64,000 nt of DNA from an uncultured Pseudobdellovibrionaceae bacterium. GTDB lineage: Bacteria; Bdellovibrionota; Bdellovibrionia; Bdellovibrionales; UBA1609. A model generated the notes under the pieces. That model was not told the origin of the DNA. It worked only from the letters and a program-made list of their open reading frames with translations, and did not search any database. The stretch is from contig CAWDNU010000001.1 of assembly GCA_963803705.1 (NCBI GenBank), positions 160,001 to 224,000 of the forward strand, in the 5' to 3' direction. Shown here one piece after another: positions 43,966-54,300 of this stretch (the stretch's first letter is position 1; each line of letters starts with the position of its first letter). The position numbers were made by a program, and so were the translations under genes.

Positions 43966-45586
43966 AAAACCAACTTTTTTTGAGCCTAAAACTATAATTG
44001 CCCTCATTCTTACTATGGTTGTTTTCGTGCTTTGGCAGAATCATATGAAAACTAAGTACCCGCAAATTTATAGTTCAAAGGCTAAGTCTACAGGCGAAGT
44101 TAACCCCGGTAAACTTGTTGATGGTAAAGCTGAAGGGCCTAATACAAACTTGAAAAAAGATTTGGTAACTGGTGACAATGAGTCAGTCGATATTGAATCT
44201 ACAAAAGCCGAAGCAAAATCTAAAATTGTGGTAAAGGAATCATTCACGACCTTCGAAACTGAAAATTGGTACGCTAAAATTAGCAATATGGGTTTGGAAT
44301 TTAAAACAGTAGAGCTAAAAGAGTACAAGGAAAGATCATTAACCAATGTCGGGTTTAAGAATTTATTTAAAACAACCATGTTAGGTTCAGATGACGCTAT
44401 CCCCTTTACTTTAAGTAAAAGAGAAGCCGATACAATTGTTGGAACTTATTCTACTGAAACAGGAACAATCACTAAAACGTTGAAGTTCAATCCCAAGAAT
44501 TATTCCATATTTGCCTCTTATGAAATTAAGGGTGTTTTTCCAGGTCTTTCAGTTTTTGTAAGTATGCCAGTTAAGCCTGACACTAAATCCAGTTTTCTTG
44601 TTCCAAGTTTTGATAAGCAAGAGTATGTAGTCATCAATTCTGAAGATGAAGATAGAGATGTGCTTTCGTTGGACGACTTCGGAACGAAAACCTTTAACCA
44701 AGTTAAGCTTGTTTCGTTAGGTTCTCAATTTTTTTCAAACGCCATTGTTGATGAGTCCTCACCAAAACCAGACGCTGTGCTGTTCGCTGATCAAATAAGC
44801 AAAAGGGTTTTCGCTAGGTTAGACTATCAATTTTCTAACAATTTAAAATCCTATTCTATTTCACAAACTTATTTCGCAGGACCCAAAGATGATGTGATTC
44901 TGAATAGCGTTGATAAACAGATGTCTAATCTAATTAACTTCGGAATGTTTAAAGTAATATGTGAACCTATCTTATATGTCCTTAAGTTCTTTTATTCAAT
45001 TTTTTCTAATTATGGCATAGCAATCATCCTTTTAACTTTACTAATGAGACTTCTAGTTTTCCCGATTGCTTATCGTGGATACAAATCTATGGATAAAATG
45101 CAGAAGATCCAGCCGCAATTGAAAGCCATACGTGAAAAGTATAAAGACGATTCTCAAAAAGCGAATCTTGAAACCATGGCTTTAATGAAAGAAAAGAAAG
45201 TAAATCCTGTGGGTGGGTGTCTACCTATGCTAATACAATTACCTATATTTTTTGCTTTCTATAGGGTGCTATCTGAAAGTATAGTGATGTATCAAGCTCC
45301 ATTTATGCTGTGGATCGATGATCTGAGCTTAAAGGATCCGTATTATGTTCTACCTGTTTTGATGGGCCTGACCATGTTTATTCAGCAAAAATTAACACCA
45401 ACGGCCCTGGAGCCCATGCAACAAAAAGTAATGCTGTTTATGCCTGTTATATTTTCAGTATTCATGATTTCCCTTCCAAGTGCGCTGACCCTGTATATAT
45501 TTGTCAGTACGTTATTTGGTGTACTACAACAATATTTATTTACAAAATCAAAAACACAAGCAATGACTGCAGTTAAAGGAGTATGA
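43952..45586 (+). CDS. yidC: Membrane protein insertase
   Basis: NYGIAIILLT, GGCLPMLIQLPIF and DPYYVLP. Confidence 0.97.
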   Translation: MNSNKKPTFFEPKTIIALILTMVVFVLWQNHMKTKYPQIYSSKAKSTGEVNPGKLVDGKAEGPNTNLKKDLVTGDNESVDIESTKAEAKSKIVVKESFTTFETENWYAKISNMGLEFKTVELKEYKERSLTNVGFKNLFKTTMLGSDDAIPFTLSKREADTIVGTYSTETGTITKTLKFNPKNYSIFASYEIKGVFPGLSVFVSMPVKPDTKSSFLVPSFDKQEYVVINSEDEDRDVLSLDDFGTKTFNQVKLVSLGSQFFSNAIVDESSPKPDAVLFADQISKRVFARLDYQFSNNLKSYSISQTYFAGPKDDVILNSVDKQMSNLINFGMFKVICEPILYVLKFFYSIFSNYGIAIILLTLLMRLLVFPIAYRGYKSMDKMQKIQPQLKAIREKYKDDSQKANLETMALMKEKKVNPVGGCLPMLIQLPIFFAFYRVLSESIVMYQAPFMLWIDDLSLKDPYYVLPVLMGLTMFIQQKLTPTALEPMQQKVMLFMPVIFSVFMISLPSALTLYIFVSTLFGVLQQYLFTKSKTQAMTAVKGV

Positions 45587-45587
45587 C

Positions 45588-46238
45588 ATGACTAGTTTTT
45601 TAAGTCGAATTTTTGGTGGTGGTTCTAGAAAAAGCAAAGTAGAAGCCTTTATAGAAGATAAGATGGTAAATCTGTTAAGTAAGGCTGGTCTCAAATTGTC
45701 TTTTGACCTGAAAGTTTCAGAGGATCAAAAAAAAATTCTGATTGATCTTTATGGCGAAGATGAAGAGATGGCAAAGGACCGAGATGCTCAGCTATTGGAT
45801 GCTTTTCAACTATTTCTTAAAAGAGCAACTCAAAACGAATATCCTGAAGAAAAGGTAAGTATAATTGTGGATTGTGACTCTTATCGCGAGCAGTCTGATG
45901 ACGAATTGTTGAAGCTTGCCGATAAACTAAAAGAACAAGTACTGAAAAAGAAAAAGCCTTCTTTTGTTAGGGCTTTACCCCCTAGAGAACGAAAGATTGT
46001 TCACCAGCACTTGTCTGAAGATAAAAGATTCAGGACTAAAAGCGTCGGAGACGGAATGTTTAAAAAAATTAAAATCTCATTGGCTGGAGAAAAGCCAAGC
46101 AACAGGCCTAGAAATTCTGATAGAAAAACCGGTAGCGGACCTAGGCGCAATGAAACTAAGGGTTCCTCTGTTTCTGTACAAAGCGAATCTGTAGAGTCAA
46201 CTAAAGCTAATGAACAGGGTACATCCACAGACATATAA
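45588..46238 (+). CDS. jag: Jag/KhpB-like R3H RNA-binding protein lacking an obvious Jag_N domain
   Basis: LDAFQ, ERKIVH (R3H) and TKSVGDG; located between yidC and mnmE. Confidence 0.8.
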   Translation: MTSFLSRIFGGGSRKSKVEAFIEDKMVNLLSKAGLKLSFDLKVSEDQKKILIDLYGEDEEMAKDRDAQLLDAFQLFLKRATQNEYPEEKVSIIVDCDSYREQSDDELLKLADKLKEQVLKKKKPSFVRALPPRERKIVHQHLSEDKRFRTKSVGDGMFKKIKISLAGEKPSNRPRNSDRKTGSGPRRNETKGSSVSVQSESVESTKANEQGTSTDI

Positions 46239-46240
46239 TT

Positions 46241-47623
46241 ATGATTTACGACCGTGAAGATACTATATGTGCACAATCCACCCCGGTCGGGCGTGGCGGT
46301 ATCCACGTAATACGAGTTTCTGGGACCCATAGTCTTGATTTTGTAACCGAGGTTTTTAATTCTTGGGAGCCTTTTGCAAAGGTCGTTAGTCATCAAGTTT
46401 ACTATGGATTTATTCTTGATCCACGAAGTGGAAATAGCATAGATGAAGTCATGGTTACGTATTTCGAGCATGGAAGATCTTTTACTTTTGAAGATACCGT
46501 TGAAATTTCATGTCATGGGAATCCAGTCATAGTAAGACAGATAATTGATGTCTTGATACAGAATGGCTGCCGCTTAGCTGAAAGAGGTGAGTTTACCTAT
46601 CGGGCTTACAAAAATGGAAGGTTATCATTAACTCAAGCAGAAGCTGTTTTATCACTAATTGATACAAATACTGCTGCCGGGGTAGCAAAGTCATTGCGGC
46701 TTTTAGGTGGACAAAGCATAGAAATTACAAAATTAGTTGAGCAAAAGCTTATTTGGGTAGTTTCTCGGTTGGAAGCTAGGATTGATTTTTCTACTGAAGA
46801 TATTTATCTTGAAAAAGACGATGTGATTTTAGGAAAATTGGCTGAAGTTTCCGTTTTGTTAAGTGATTCACTGACAGCTTTCAAAAAACACAAAGTTTTT
46901 GACAGAGGTTTAAAAACACTGATAGTCGGTCCACCTAATGCGGGTAAATCTAGTTTGTTTAATAAGCTATTAGGTTCAAACCGTTCTATAGTTTCTAGCC
47001 TTCCAGGCACGACGCGCGATTATCTTACTGAAACTATAGACGTCGATGGATTTACATTTGAAATAGTTGACACAGCAGGCTTACGTTTGGCTTCAGATGA
47101 AATCGAGGCTGAAGGAATTAGTAAGGTTCAGGAGTTGATCAAGATTTGTGACCTAATTATTCTAATGGTAAGTGCTGATCAATTGGATTCAAATTTTATA
47201 GCTAGTTTGGACAACGATTTTGTTGGAAAGAAAATAATACCAGTTATAAATAAAATAGATTTGGTTCAGGATCTTGGCTTTCCGCTTAACTCTTCCGTGA
47301 AAAATCTATTTTTAGACTTTATTCCCATTTCGGTTACAAAAAATTTAGGACTGGATAGTTTATTCAGCCAGATGGTCGATAAGGTTGAAAAGATAGAGTT
47401 TGTTGAAAGCATAGAAATAGGTAGTTTACGGCAAGCCGAAGCCTTAAAAGCTGCATTGGACCATCTTGACCTGGGGATTAAGGCACTTACCGAGGGTTTA
47501 GGCGAAGAATTTGTTTTGTCACACTTAACTTCATCAATGAAAGCGCTTTTTTTGATAACCAACGAAAACAATGAAGAAATTATAAGGAACAAGATTTTTA
47601 AAGATTTCTGCTTGGGTAAATAG
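46241..47623 (+). CDS. mnmE: tRNA modification GTPase
   Basis: GPPNAGKSS, GTTRD, DTAG, NKID and FCLGK. Confidence 0.97.
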   Translation: MIYDREDTICAQSTPVGRGGIHVIRVSGTHSLDFVTEVFNSWEPFAKVVSHQVYYGFILDPRSGNSIDEVMVTYFEHGRSFTFEDTVEISCHGNPVIVRQIIDVLIQNGCRLAERGEFTYRAYKNGRLSLTQAEAVLSLIDTNTAAGVAKSLRLLGGQSIEITKLVEQKLIWVVSRLEARIDFSTEDIYLEKDDVILGKLAEVSVLLSDSLTAFKKHKVFDRGLKTLIVGPPNAGKSSLFNKLLGSNRSIVSSLPGTTRDYLTETIDVDGFTFEIVDTAGLRLASDEIEAEGISKVQELIKICDLIILMVSADQLDSNFIASLDNDFVGKKIIPVINKIDLVQDLGFPLNSSVKNLFLDFIPISVTKNLGLDSLFSQMVDKVEKIEFVESIEIGSLRQAEALKAALDHLDLGIKALTEGLGEEFVLSHLTSSMKALFLITNENNEEIIRNKIFKDFCLGK

Positions 47624-47680
47624 TTTTTCCCAAGAATTTGTTGGACGCCATGACCTTAAAGATTGTATCAAGTAATTTCT

Positions 47681-49534
47681 ATGAAATCTAACTTTGACGT
47701 TATTGTTGTTGGTGCTGGTCACGCGGGTATAGAAGCTGCTCATGTTGCTGCACAGAGAGGTATGAGCGTAGCTTTGCTTACAACAGATAGTTCAAAGACA
47801 GGGTTCATGAGTTGTAATCCATCCATCGGCGGGCTTGCTAAGGGACACATGGTCCGAGAACTTGATGCGTTGGGTGGGGTTATGGGTGAAATTTCTGATT
47901 CCGCTACTATCCAGTTCAAAAAGCTAAATGCCCGCAAGGGTCCCGCTGTGCGAGGTTCGCGCGCACAGTGTGACAAAGACATTTACTCTAAGTCGGCATT
48001 CCGAAAAATTCATACACATCCAAATATATCACTGCTTTCTTTTGAGGTAGATGCCTTGATCCTTGATGGAGACAGTTGTTTAGGCGTTTACACTATTGAC
48101 GGTTCAAAAGTTTATTCCAAGAAAGTTATTTTAACTACTGGTACTTTCATGAATGGAGTTATGTATATAGGACTAAAGAAAATGGCTGGGGGTCGAGTCG
48201 GAGAAAAATCTACAACTGGCCTATCTCAACAGCTTTCCAGCCATGGGTTTAAAGTTACCAGACTTAAAACTGGTACGCCACCTAGACTAAAAAGATTGTC
48301 GATTAATTGGGAAGTTCTCGATAAGGAATTTGGTGATTCAAATTTTCAGCCCTTTAGTATAATGAGTAGTGCTAAGATGCCCTACGGTCCTGTCGCTTGC
48401 GGGATAAGTTATACCAACGCTGAAACTCATGACATTATCAGAAAAAATCTTGACCAATCAGCCATGTTTACTGGTTTGATTGAAGGTGCTGGGCCAAGAT
48501 ATTGTCCTAGTGTTGAGGATAAAGTGGTGCGTTTTGCCGATAAGGATAGGCATCAAACTTTTTTAGAGCCAGAGGGTTTGGATTCGAAGTCCATTTATCT
48601 GCAAGGCATATCTACCTCTTTGCCCGAAGATATACAATTACAGTTCCTTAGAACAATTGAAGGGTTAGAAAACGTCGAGCTTCTTCGGCCTGGTTACGCT
48701 GTCGAGTATGATTTTTTACAACCAACCCAGATTAAACCTAGTATGGAAACGAAGGCTATAAAAAATCTTTATTTTGCAGGTCAGATAAATGGTACGAGCG
48801 GTTATGAAGAAGCAGCTGTTCAAGGCTTTATGGCTGGACTCAATGCTGCTTTAGAAATTGAACAGTTGGAAAGTTTTATATTAAAAAGGCATGAAGCCTA
48901 TATTGGCGTATTAATAGATGACCTTGTAACCAAAGGCACAATTGAGCCTTACAGGATGATGACTTCAAGAGCCGAGTATAGGTTATTACTTCGAGAGGAC
49001 AATGTTTACGAAAGGCTTTCTAGTTATGCAAATAAATATTATTTATATAGCGATTCAAAAGCTTCTAAGATTTTTGAGCTATTAAGTTCTAGAACAAGCT
49101 ATAAGTCTAGTCTGCAGAACTTTAGATTGGTTCCTAATCAGAAGTGGAATCAGTTTTTGATAAATATTGGAACTAAACCTTTGCTGAAGCCTTCAAGCCT
49201 TTCCGAACTTTTACGCAGATCAGAGGTCTTACCTGAACACTTTCTACCATTAGATTCAGATTTTGATGTAGATGAATCAATTTCTGGCCCTGTAACTATT
49301 GATATTAAGTATGAAGGTTATATCAACAATGAGCGCTTAATAATTGAAAGGATGAGTAAGCTTGAAAATTCTAAGATACCCGTTGATTTCAATTACCATA
49401 GTCTTCAATCGTTATCTTTAGAAGAAAGAGAAAAGCTGACTGATATAAAACCTGACACTTTAGCTCAAGCGGCTCGTATAAGTGGTGTTAACCCCTCAGC
49501 CATTCAGGCTCTTATGGTTAGGCTGGGATATTAA
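47681..49534 (+). CDS. mnmG: tRNA uridine 5-carboxymethylaminomethyl modification enzyme
   Basis: GAGHAG, MSCNPSIGG, GPRYCPS and GQINGTSGYEEAA. Confidence 0.98.
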   Translation: MKSNFDVIVVGAGHAGIEAAHVAAQRGMSVALLTTDSSKTGFMSCNPSIGGLAKGHMVRELDALGGVMGEISDSATIQFKKLNARKGPAVRGSRAQCDKDIYSKSAFRKIHTHPNISLLSFEVDALILDGDSCLGVYTIDGSKVYSKKVILTTGTFMNGVMYIGLKKMAGGRVGEKSTTGLSQQLSSHGFKVTRLKTGTPPRLKRLSINWEVLDKEFGDSNFQPFSIMSSAKMPYGPVACGISYTNAETHDIIRKNLDQSAMFTGLIEGAGPRYCPSVEDKVVRFADKDRHQTFLEPEGLDSKSIYLQGISTSLPEDIQLQFLRTIEGLENVELLRPGYAVEYDFLQPTQIKPSMETKAIKNLYFAGQINGTSGYEEAAVQGFMAGLNAALEIEQLESFILKRHEAYIGVLIDDLVTKGTIEPYRMMTSRAEYRLLLREDNVYERLSSYANKYYLYSDSKASKIFELLSSRTSYKSSLQNFRLVPNQKWNQFLINIGTKPLLKPSSLSELLRRSEVLPEHFLPLDSDFDVDESISGPVTIDIKYEGYINNERLIIERMSKLENSKIPVDFNYHSLQSLSLEEREKLTDIKPDTLAQAARISGVNPSAIQALMVRLGY

Positions 49535-49535
49535 G

Positions 49536-50108
49536 TTGAAAACCAAGCTGACAAGTTTTTGTGAGCTTGTTCTGAAGTTCAACCCTGTCCTTAACTTGAT
49601 TAGCCCAAAGGATATCCAATCTCTGCAGGCAAAGCATATTTCGGATGCCGAGGAGTCATTCAGAGTATTCATGGATATCTATGGACAATCAAATGATTAC
49701 TCTGTGTATGATTTGGGTTCCGGAAATGGAACTCCGGGAATTGTTTGGGCAATACTAGACCGCGACACCGCCTTTAACCTGGTTGAGTTAGACAGTAGAA
49801 AAGCTGAATTTTTAAGACACTGTGTCCGTGAGCTCTCTCTTTCAAATGTAAAGGTCATAAACAGGGATTTTAAGGCGTTAGTTTTCCCTATAAATAGCGT
49901 ATTAATTGCCAGAGCATTTATGAATATTAATAAACTGCTGCGGTTTGAAAATGTCTTAAAAAACCCTTGTTTTCTATTAAAAGGTTCCACGTGGAACAAC
50001 GAACTTAACGGTGTTCAACATTTATCTTTATGTGCCCATGAGTATTCGCTTGCGAACGGCGACAAAAGACATTTAGTGGTACATATACCCAAGAATACTC
50101 AAGATTAA
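49536..50108 (+). CDS. rsmG: 16S rRNA m7G527 methyltransferase
   Basis: LNLIS, DLGSGNGTPG, RKAEFL and ARAF. Confidence 0.9.
   Translation: MKTKLTSFCELVLKFNPVLNLISPKDIQSLQAKHISDAEESFRVFMDIYGQSNDYSVYDLGSGNGTPGIVWAILDRDTAFNLVELDSRKAEFLRHCVRELSLSNVKVINRDFKALVFPINSVLIARAFMNINKLLRFENVLKNPCFLLKGSTWNNELNGVQHLSLCAHEYSLANGDKRHLVVHIPKNTQD
49983..49998. promoter_or_regulatory. parS centromere-like site inside rsmG
   Basis: GGTTCCACGTGGAACA matches the parS palindrome consensus TGTTNCACGTGNAACA. Confidence 0.85.
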
Positions 50109-50174
50109 TATTTATAATACGTTCTTCAAGAAACACCATTAATCAACTATTACGTTCCTTTAGTTCAATATTAG

Positions 50175-50350
50175 GGCCTGTGAAAGATTGATCTAGGTTT
50201 TTACTACTTAATCTTTAAAAGAATTTGCTTTGTGCTCCCCTTCGCTATTTTCGATGTAGCTATAGTCACACTTCAAAACCTCAGTCTACGCTTAAAACAA
50301 CTTCAATTGAATCTACAGGATTTAAAACTCAGATGAATCTTCCACAGGCC
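50175..50350. repeat. Decayed long palindromic element 3
   Basis: Ungapped arms 50175-50235 / 50290-50350 match at about 43/61 (outer 20 bp at 18/20). The symmetry axis at 50262.5 coincides with the centre of an internal hairpin (CTATAG). Confidence 0.75.
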
Positions 50351-50413
50351 TTATTAATTTTCACTCCATAAAAATTACGCGAGCAGTCTTTAACATTAGC
50401 TGTAGACACATTT

Positions 50414-50429
50414 TGTTCCACGTGGAACT
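50414..50429. promoter_or_regulatory. parS site upstream of parA
   Basis: TGTTCCACGTGGAACT. Confidence 0.85.
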
Positions 50430-50452
50430 ATTATTACTTATTAGGGGGTTGT

Positions 50453-51277
50453 GTGGCGAAAGTAATTTGTATTGCGAATCAAAAGGGCGGTGTTGGAAAA
50501 ACTACCAGTTCGATAAACATCGCGTCATGCCTGGCAGAAATGGGGCGAAAAGTATTACTGATAGACATGGACCCACAGGGCAACGCGTCAAGTGGGTTGG
50601 GCGTTAAGCGCCACGAACAATCTGATAAAAATATTTACCATGTGCTAATCGGTGAGAGAAAGATAAAAGATGCGATATTCCCAACTGGACACAAAAATTT
50701 GAACATTGTTCCCGCAAATCCTGATCTGGTAGGTGCGGAAATAGAATTAATTGATGTTCCAGAGCGTGAATTTAGGCTAAGAGAGGCGCTGGAAGGCATA
50801 CAAAGTAACTATCATTACATATTTATAGACTGCCCCCCTTCTTTGGGATTGTTAACTATAAATGCTATGTCCTCCGCTGACAGTTTCATCGTGCCCCTTC
50901 AGTGCGAATATTTTGCATTGGAAGGGCTTTCGCAACTATTAAATACGGCCGGCCTGTTGAAAAAGAAGTTAAATCCATCTTTAAAGATTGATGGCATTGC
51001 TTTAACAATGTTTGATACTAGAAATAATTTAGCTCACCAAGTTGTATCGGAGATAAATGCACACTTTGGCGACAAAGTTTTTCAAACTATCATTCCAAGA
51101 AACGTAAGACTTAGCGAAGCGCCAAGCCACGGACAATCAATTATTGCCTACGACCCAAAATCCGTTGGGGCAAAAAAGTATATGTCCTTAGCCCGCGAGA
51201 TTGATATGAGAACCCAAAAAGCAGAGCAGGTTAAAAAGCGAAGTTCCCAGGGTAAACAAGTCCAAGGGGGTTTTTAA
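50453..51277 (+). CDS. parA: Chromosome partitioning ATPase
   Basis: NQKGGVGKTT, DPQGNA, DCPPSLG and RLSEAPSHG. Confidence 0.97.
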   Translation: MAKVICIANQKGGVGKTTSSINIASCLAEMGRKVLLIDMDPQGNASSGLGVKRHEQSDKNIYHVLIGERKIKDAIFPTGHKNLNIVPANPDLVGAEIELIDVPEREFRLREALEGIQSNYHYIFIDCPPSLGLLTINAMSSADSFIVPLQCEYFALEGLSQLLNTAGLLKKKLNPSLKIDGIALTMFDTRNNLAHQVVSEINAHFGDKVFQTIIPRNVRLSEAPSHGQSIIAYDPKSVGAKKYMSLAREIDMRTQKAEQVKKRSSQGKQVQGGF

Positions 51278-52299
51278 TGACTAAGTTGAATCAGAAAAAA
51301 ATTGTAAAAAGCAGACTGGGAAGAGGGCTAAACTCTTTACTAGGTGGCTCTATGGATGAGGAGCTAGACGAAGGTCCTGCTAAAAAACGAAAAACAGCAG
51401 CAATGCCCAATAAAAAGAATCTTCTTAAGGGAAAAGCCTCAGCGATTGAAGTAGAAGAAGAGGTCGAACTAGATGTAAAATTTAGAAAAGAGCCAAACCA
51501 AGCCAATGAGCTAGACAGAATTCACAATATTTTTGTAGAAAATATTTCGCCTAATAAGAACCAACCCAGAAAAATATTTTTAGATGATGCACTAAAAGAA
51601 TTGTCGGATAGTATTAAAGAGAAAGGAATTATGCAGCCTATCGTTGCACAAAGAATAGATAAAAAAAACTTTGAAATTATTGCGGGTGAAAGGCGTTGGC
51701 GTGCCGCTCAAATTGCTGGTTTGAAATCAGTTCCTGTTATTTTGCGGGTAACGGATGAAAAAGATTCTTTAGAGTTAGCACTAATTGAAAATATTCAGCG
51801 AAACAATTTAAATTCTATAGAAGAGGCAGAGGCGTACCAGGTTTTAGTTGATAAATATAACATGTCCCAATCAGACATTGCCCAAAAAGTTGGGAAAGAG
51901 CGAGCAACTATAACCAATACATTAAGGTTACTAAAGCTATCTAAAGAAGTTCAAGAATACGTATCTCAGAAGCAATTGAGTATGGGTCACGCTAGAGCCT
52001 TAGTTGCGGTTGACGACTTGGAGCTGCAAAGAAAATTGGCCAAAAAGTGCATTGACCTCACATTGAGCGTCAGGGCTACAGAGAGATTGGTTAAGAATGC
52101 CTTGGAAGGTAGCGATCAAGATAGCCAACCAGAAACTGCTGAGCAGAAAGCTATAAAAAACTTAATGTTAGAAATCCAGAGGATCACAGGCGCAAGAACT
52201 AAAATTTCCTATAAAAGTGGCCGTGGGGACTTAACAATGAAATTTTATAGCAAAGATCAGTTTGAGGGACTTATAAAGAAAATTAGATCATGGAATTGA
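51277..52299 (+). CDS. parB: Chromosome partitioning protein
   Basis: LGRGLNSL, NQPRK, AGERRWRA and ENIQR. Confidence 0.97.
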   Translation: MTKLNQKKIVKSRLGRGLNSLLGGSMDEELDEGPAKKRKTAAMPNKKNLLKGKASAIEVEEEVELDVKFRKEPNQANELDRIHNIFVENISPNKNQPRKIFLDDALKELSDSIKEKGIMQPIVAQRIDKKNFEIIAGERRWRAAQIAGLKSVPVILRVTDEKDSLELALIENIQRNNLNSIEEAEAYQVLVDKYNMSQSDIAQKVGKERATITNTLRLLKLSKEVQEYVSQKQLSMGHARALVAVDDLELQRKLAKKCIDLTLSVRATERLVKNALEGSDQDSQPETAEQKAIKNLMLEIQRITGARTKISYKSGRGDLTMKFYSKDQFEGLIKKIRSWN

Positions 52300-52319
52300 A
52301 AAGGTAAAAAAGGATTATT

Positions 52320-52679
52320 ATGAAATCAGCTCAGTTTGAACAAACATTTAATGATGGGTCTCTTTCCGCTTTGTTAGGGCCAGGAACACAATTTGACGGA
52401 AAACTTTCATTCGAAGGCACCGTTAGAATCTCTGGAGAATTCAAAGGCGAGATTTATACAAATGACACTTTGGTTTTGGACAGTACGGCAGACTTCGAGG
52501 GGCAGATTGAAGCAAACGAAGTTATAATCTCTGGATCTGTAAAAGGTAATATTTTTGCCAAAACAAAAGTGACCATGCATGCACCCGCCCACTTTACAGG
52601 CACAGTAACATCGCCTTCGTTGAGTATAGATGACGGAGTCGTGTTCGAAGGGGCATCTTATATGCCGCAAACAACATAA
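52320..52679 (+). CDS. Bactofilin
   Basis: Beta-helical repeats FDGKLSFEGTVRISGEFKGEI..GVVFEG. Confidence 0.9.
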   Translation: MKSAQFEQTFNDGSLSALLGPGTQFDGKLSFEGTVRISGEFKGEIYTNDTLVLDSTADFEGQIEANEVIISGSVKGNIFAKTKVTMHAPAHFTGTVTSPSLSIDDGVVFEGASYMPQTT

Positions 52680-52736
52680 AGATTGACCACATTTGTTCTG
52701 TGATGATAGCTCTTTGATCAAAAGGGCATTTAAAAA

Positions 52737-53195
52737 ATGGACATGATCTCATCTATAATTATCTCTTTGGGTATAGATTATACCTTATTTATTCAGCTTG
52801 GAATTTATTTAGTAACTTTTGTCGTACTTTATAATATTGCGTTCAAACCATATTTCCTGGCATCTGAAGAAAGAAGAAAACAAACCTCTGGTAGTTTAGA
52901 ACTTGCTGACAAAGCTGAAGAGATAATAAGAAAAAGCGAGGAGCGCTATCAAAAACGAGCACGCCAAATTAACGACGAGATTTCACTTGTTTTTAAAGAG
53001 CAACGAAGTTCCGCAGTTAGAGAGTCAGACATGATCAATGAACAGGCATCAAAAAAATCAAAAGAAATTATGGGAGACGCTCAGCTTCAACTTTCAAGTC
53101 AGCTAGAGCAAGCTCAAGCCCAGTTCGAGCTAATGTCCAAAGAAGTTTCAGCGGTCATAGTTCAGCAACTGTTAACTAAAAGAGGGAAAGGTTAA
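52737..53195 (+). CDS. ATP synthase F0 subunit b'
   Basis: N-terminal TM, FKPY..ERR, then coiled coil; first gene of the F-H-A-G-D-C block. Confidence 0.85.
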   Translation: MDMISSIIISLGIDYTLFIQLGIYLVTFVVLYNIAFKPYFLASEERRKQTSGSLELADKAEEIIRKSEERYQKRARQINDEISLVFKEQRSSAVRESDMINEQASKKSKEIMGDAQLQLSSQLEQAQAQFELMSKEVSAVIVQQLLTKRGKG

Positions 53196-53758
53196 TGGTT
53201 ACCAGACTTTTTTTTATATCTGTTCTACACTTAACTTCTTTTAGCGCTAATGCCTCAGGCACTGCAGATACTGACATTCCATGGTCTCTGATCACAGCTC
53301 AAATAGTTAACTTTAGTTTGTTTGCATTAGCTATAATTTTTTTGTTGAAAAAACCAGCTTCAGAATATTTTACGAAATTTAGAACAGACTTTTTGGAAGA
53401 GTCGTCTAAAGCTCAAATGGTAGTTGCAGCTGCAGAGAAGCAAAAGAAACAAATCGATGACCGCTTAAATACTTTGGAAACAACATATGCAACTAAACTA
53501 GAGGGTTCCAAAAAAGAGGCCCAGATTTTGAAAGAAAATATCGTAAAAGAAACACAAGAAAGAGCCAACAGACTTATTATAGACACGAAAGAAAATGCTA
53601 ACATTTTGTTTAAAACGGCTGAAGTTGCGATGAGAAATAGAGTGCTTACAATGGCAGTTAAATCGGCTACAAATGATTTAACAAAAAAGATTGATAACAA
53701 AGAGTCTGATCGCTTACACGATGAATTCCTAGAAGAAATTTCAGCAGGTTTGTCATGA
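53195..53758 (+). CDS. atpF: ATP synthase F0 subunit b
   Basis: QIVNFSLF TM segment plus coiled coil. Confidence 0.85.
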   Translation: MVTRLFFISVLHLTSFSANASGTADTDIPWSLITAQIVNFSLFALAIIFLLKKPASEYFTKFRTDFLEESSKAQMVVAAAEKQKKQIDDRLNTLETTYATKLEGSKKEAQILKENIVKETQERANRLIIDTKENANILFKTAEVAMRNRVLTMAVKSATNDLTKKIDNKESDRLHDEFLEEISAGLS

Positions 53759-54300
53759 GTAAAGACTTCGTAAATCAGTATGCGAAAGCACTTTTTGAAG
53801 TAGCTGATAACTTACAGACAAAAAGTAAATATTTAGATCAAATTAGGATTATAGGAGAAGCGTTATTTCAAGACGTAGAAATTTTGAATTTCTTTAAATC
53901 TGTTGAAGTATCGCTTGAAGAAAAGCAAAAAACACTTAGTAAAGCACTTGATTCGGAATTGGTTTCAGCAGATGTAATTAAGACCGTTAAATTGATCTTA
54001 GACAGGAATAAAATTTCCTATCTCCCTCAAATTGTTTTGGCTTATCAATCCTTAAATGATCATGCCAACGGTGTTGTAAGGGGAACAGTTAGGTCCTCGC
54101 ATGAGTTAGAACCAGATCAACAACAAGCTTTAGTTTCGAAAATTGAAACTGTGCTGAATAAAAAAGTAATATTAGATTACATCAAAGACTCAAAAGTAAT
54201 CGGTGGGCTTAAAGCGCAAGTCGGAAGCTACACTTTTGATGATACTTTTGAAACTCATTTGAAAAAGATGAAAGACCAAATTAACAGGAGAACTCATTAA
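53755..54300 (+). CDS. atpH: ATP synthase delta subunit
   Basis: YAKALF and [12 protein letters not shown]. Confidence 0.93.
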   Translation: MSKDFVNQYAKALFEVADNLQTKSKYLDQIRIIGEALFQDVEILNFFKSVEVSLEEKQKTLSKALDSELVSADVIKTVKLILDRNKISYLPQIVLAYQSLNDHANGVVRGTVRSSHELEPDQQQALVSKIETVLNKKVILDYIKDSKVIGGLKAQVGSYTFDDTFETHLKKMKDQINRRTH

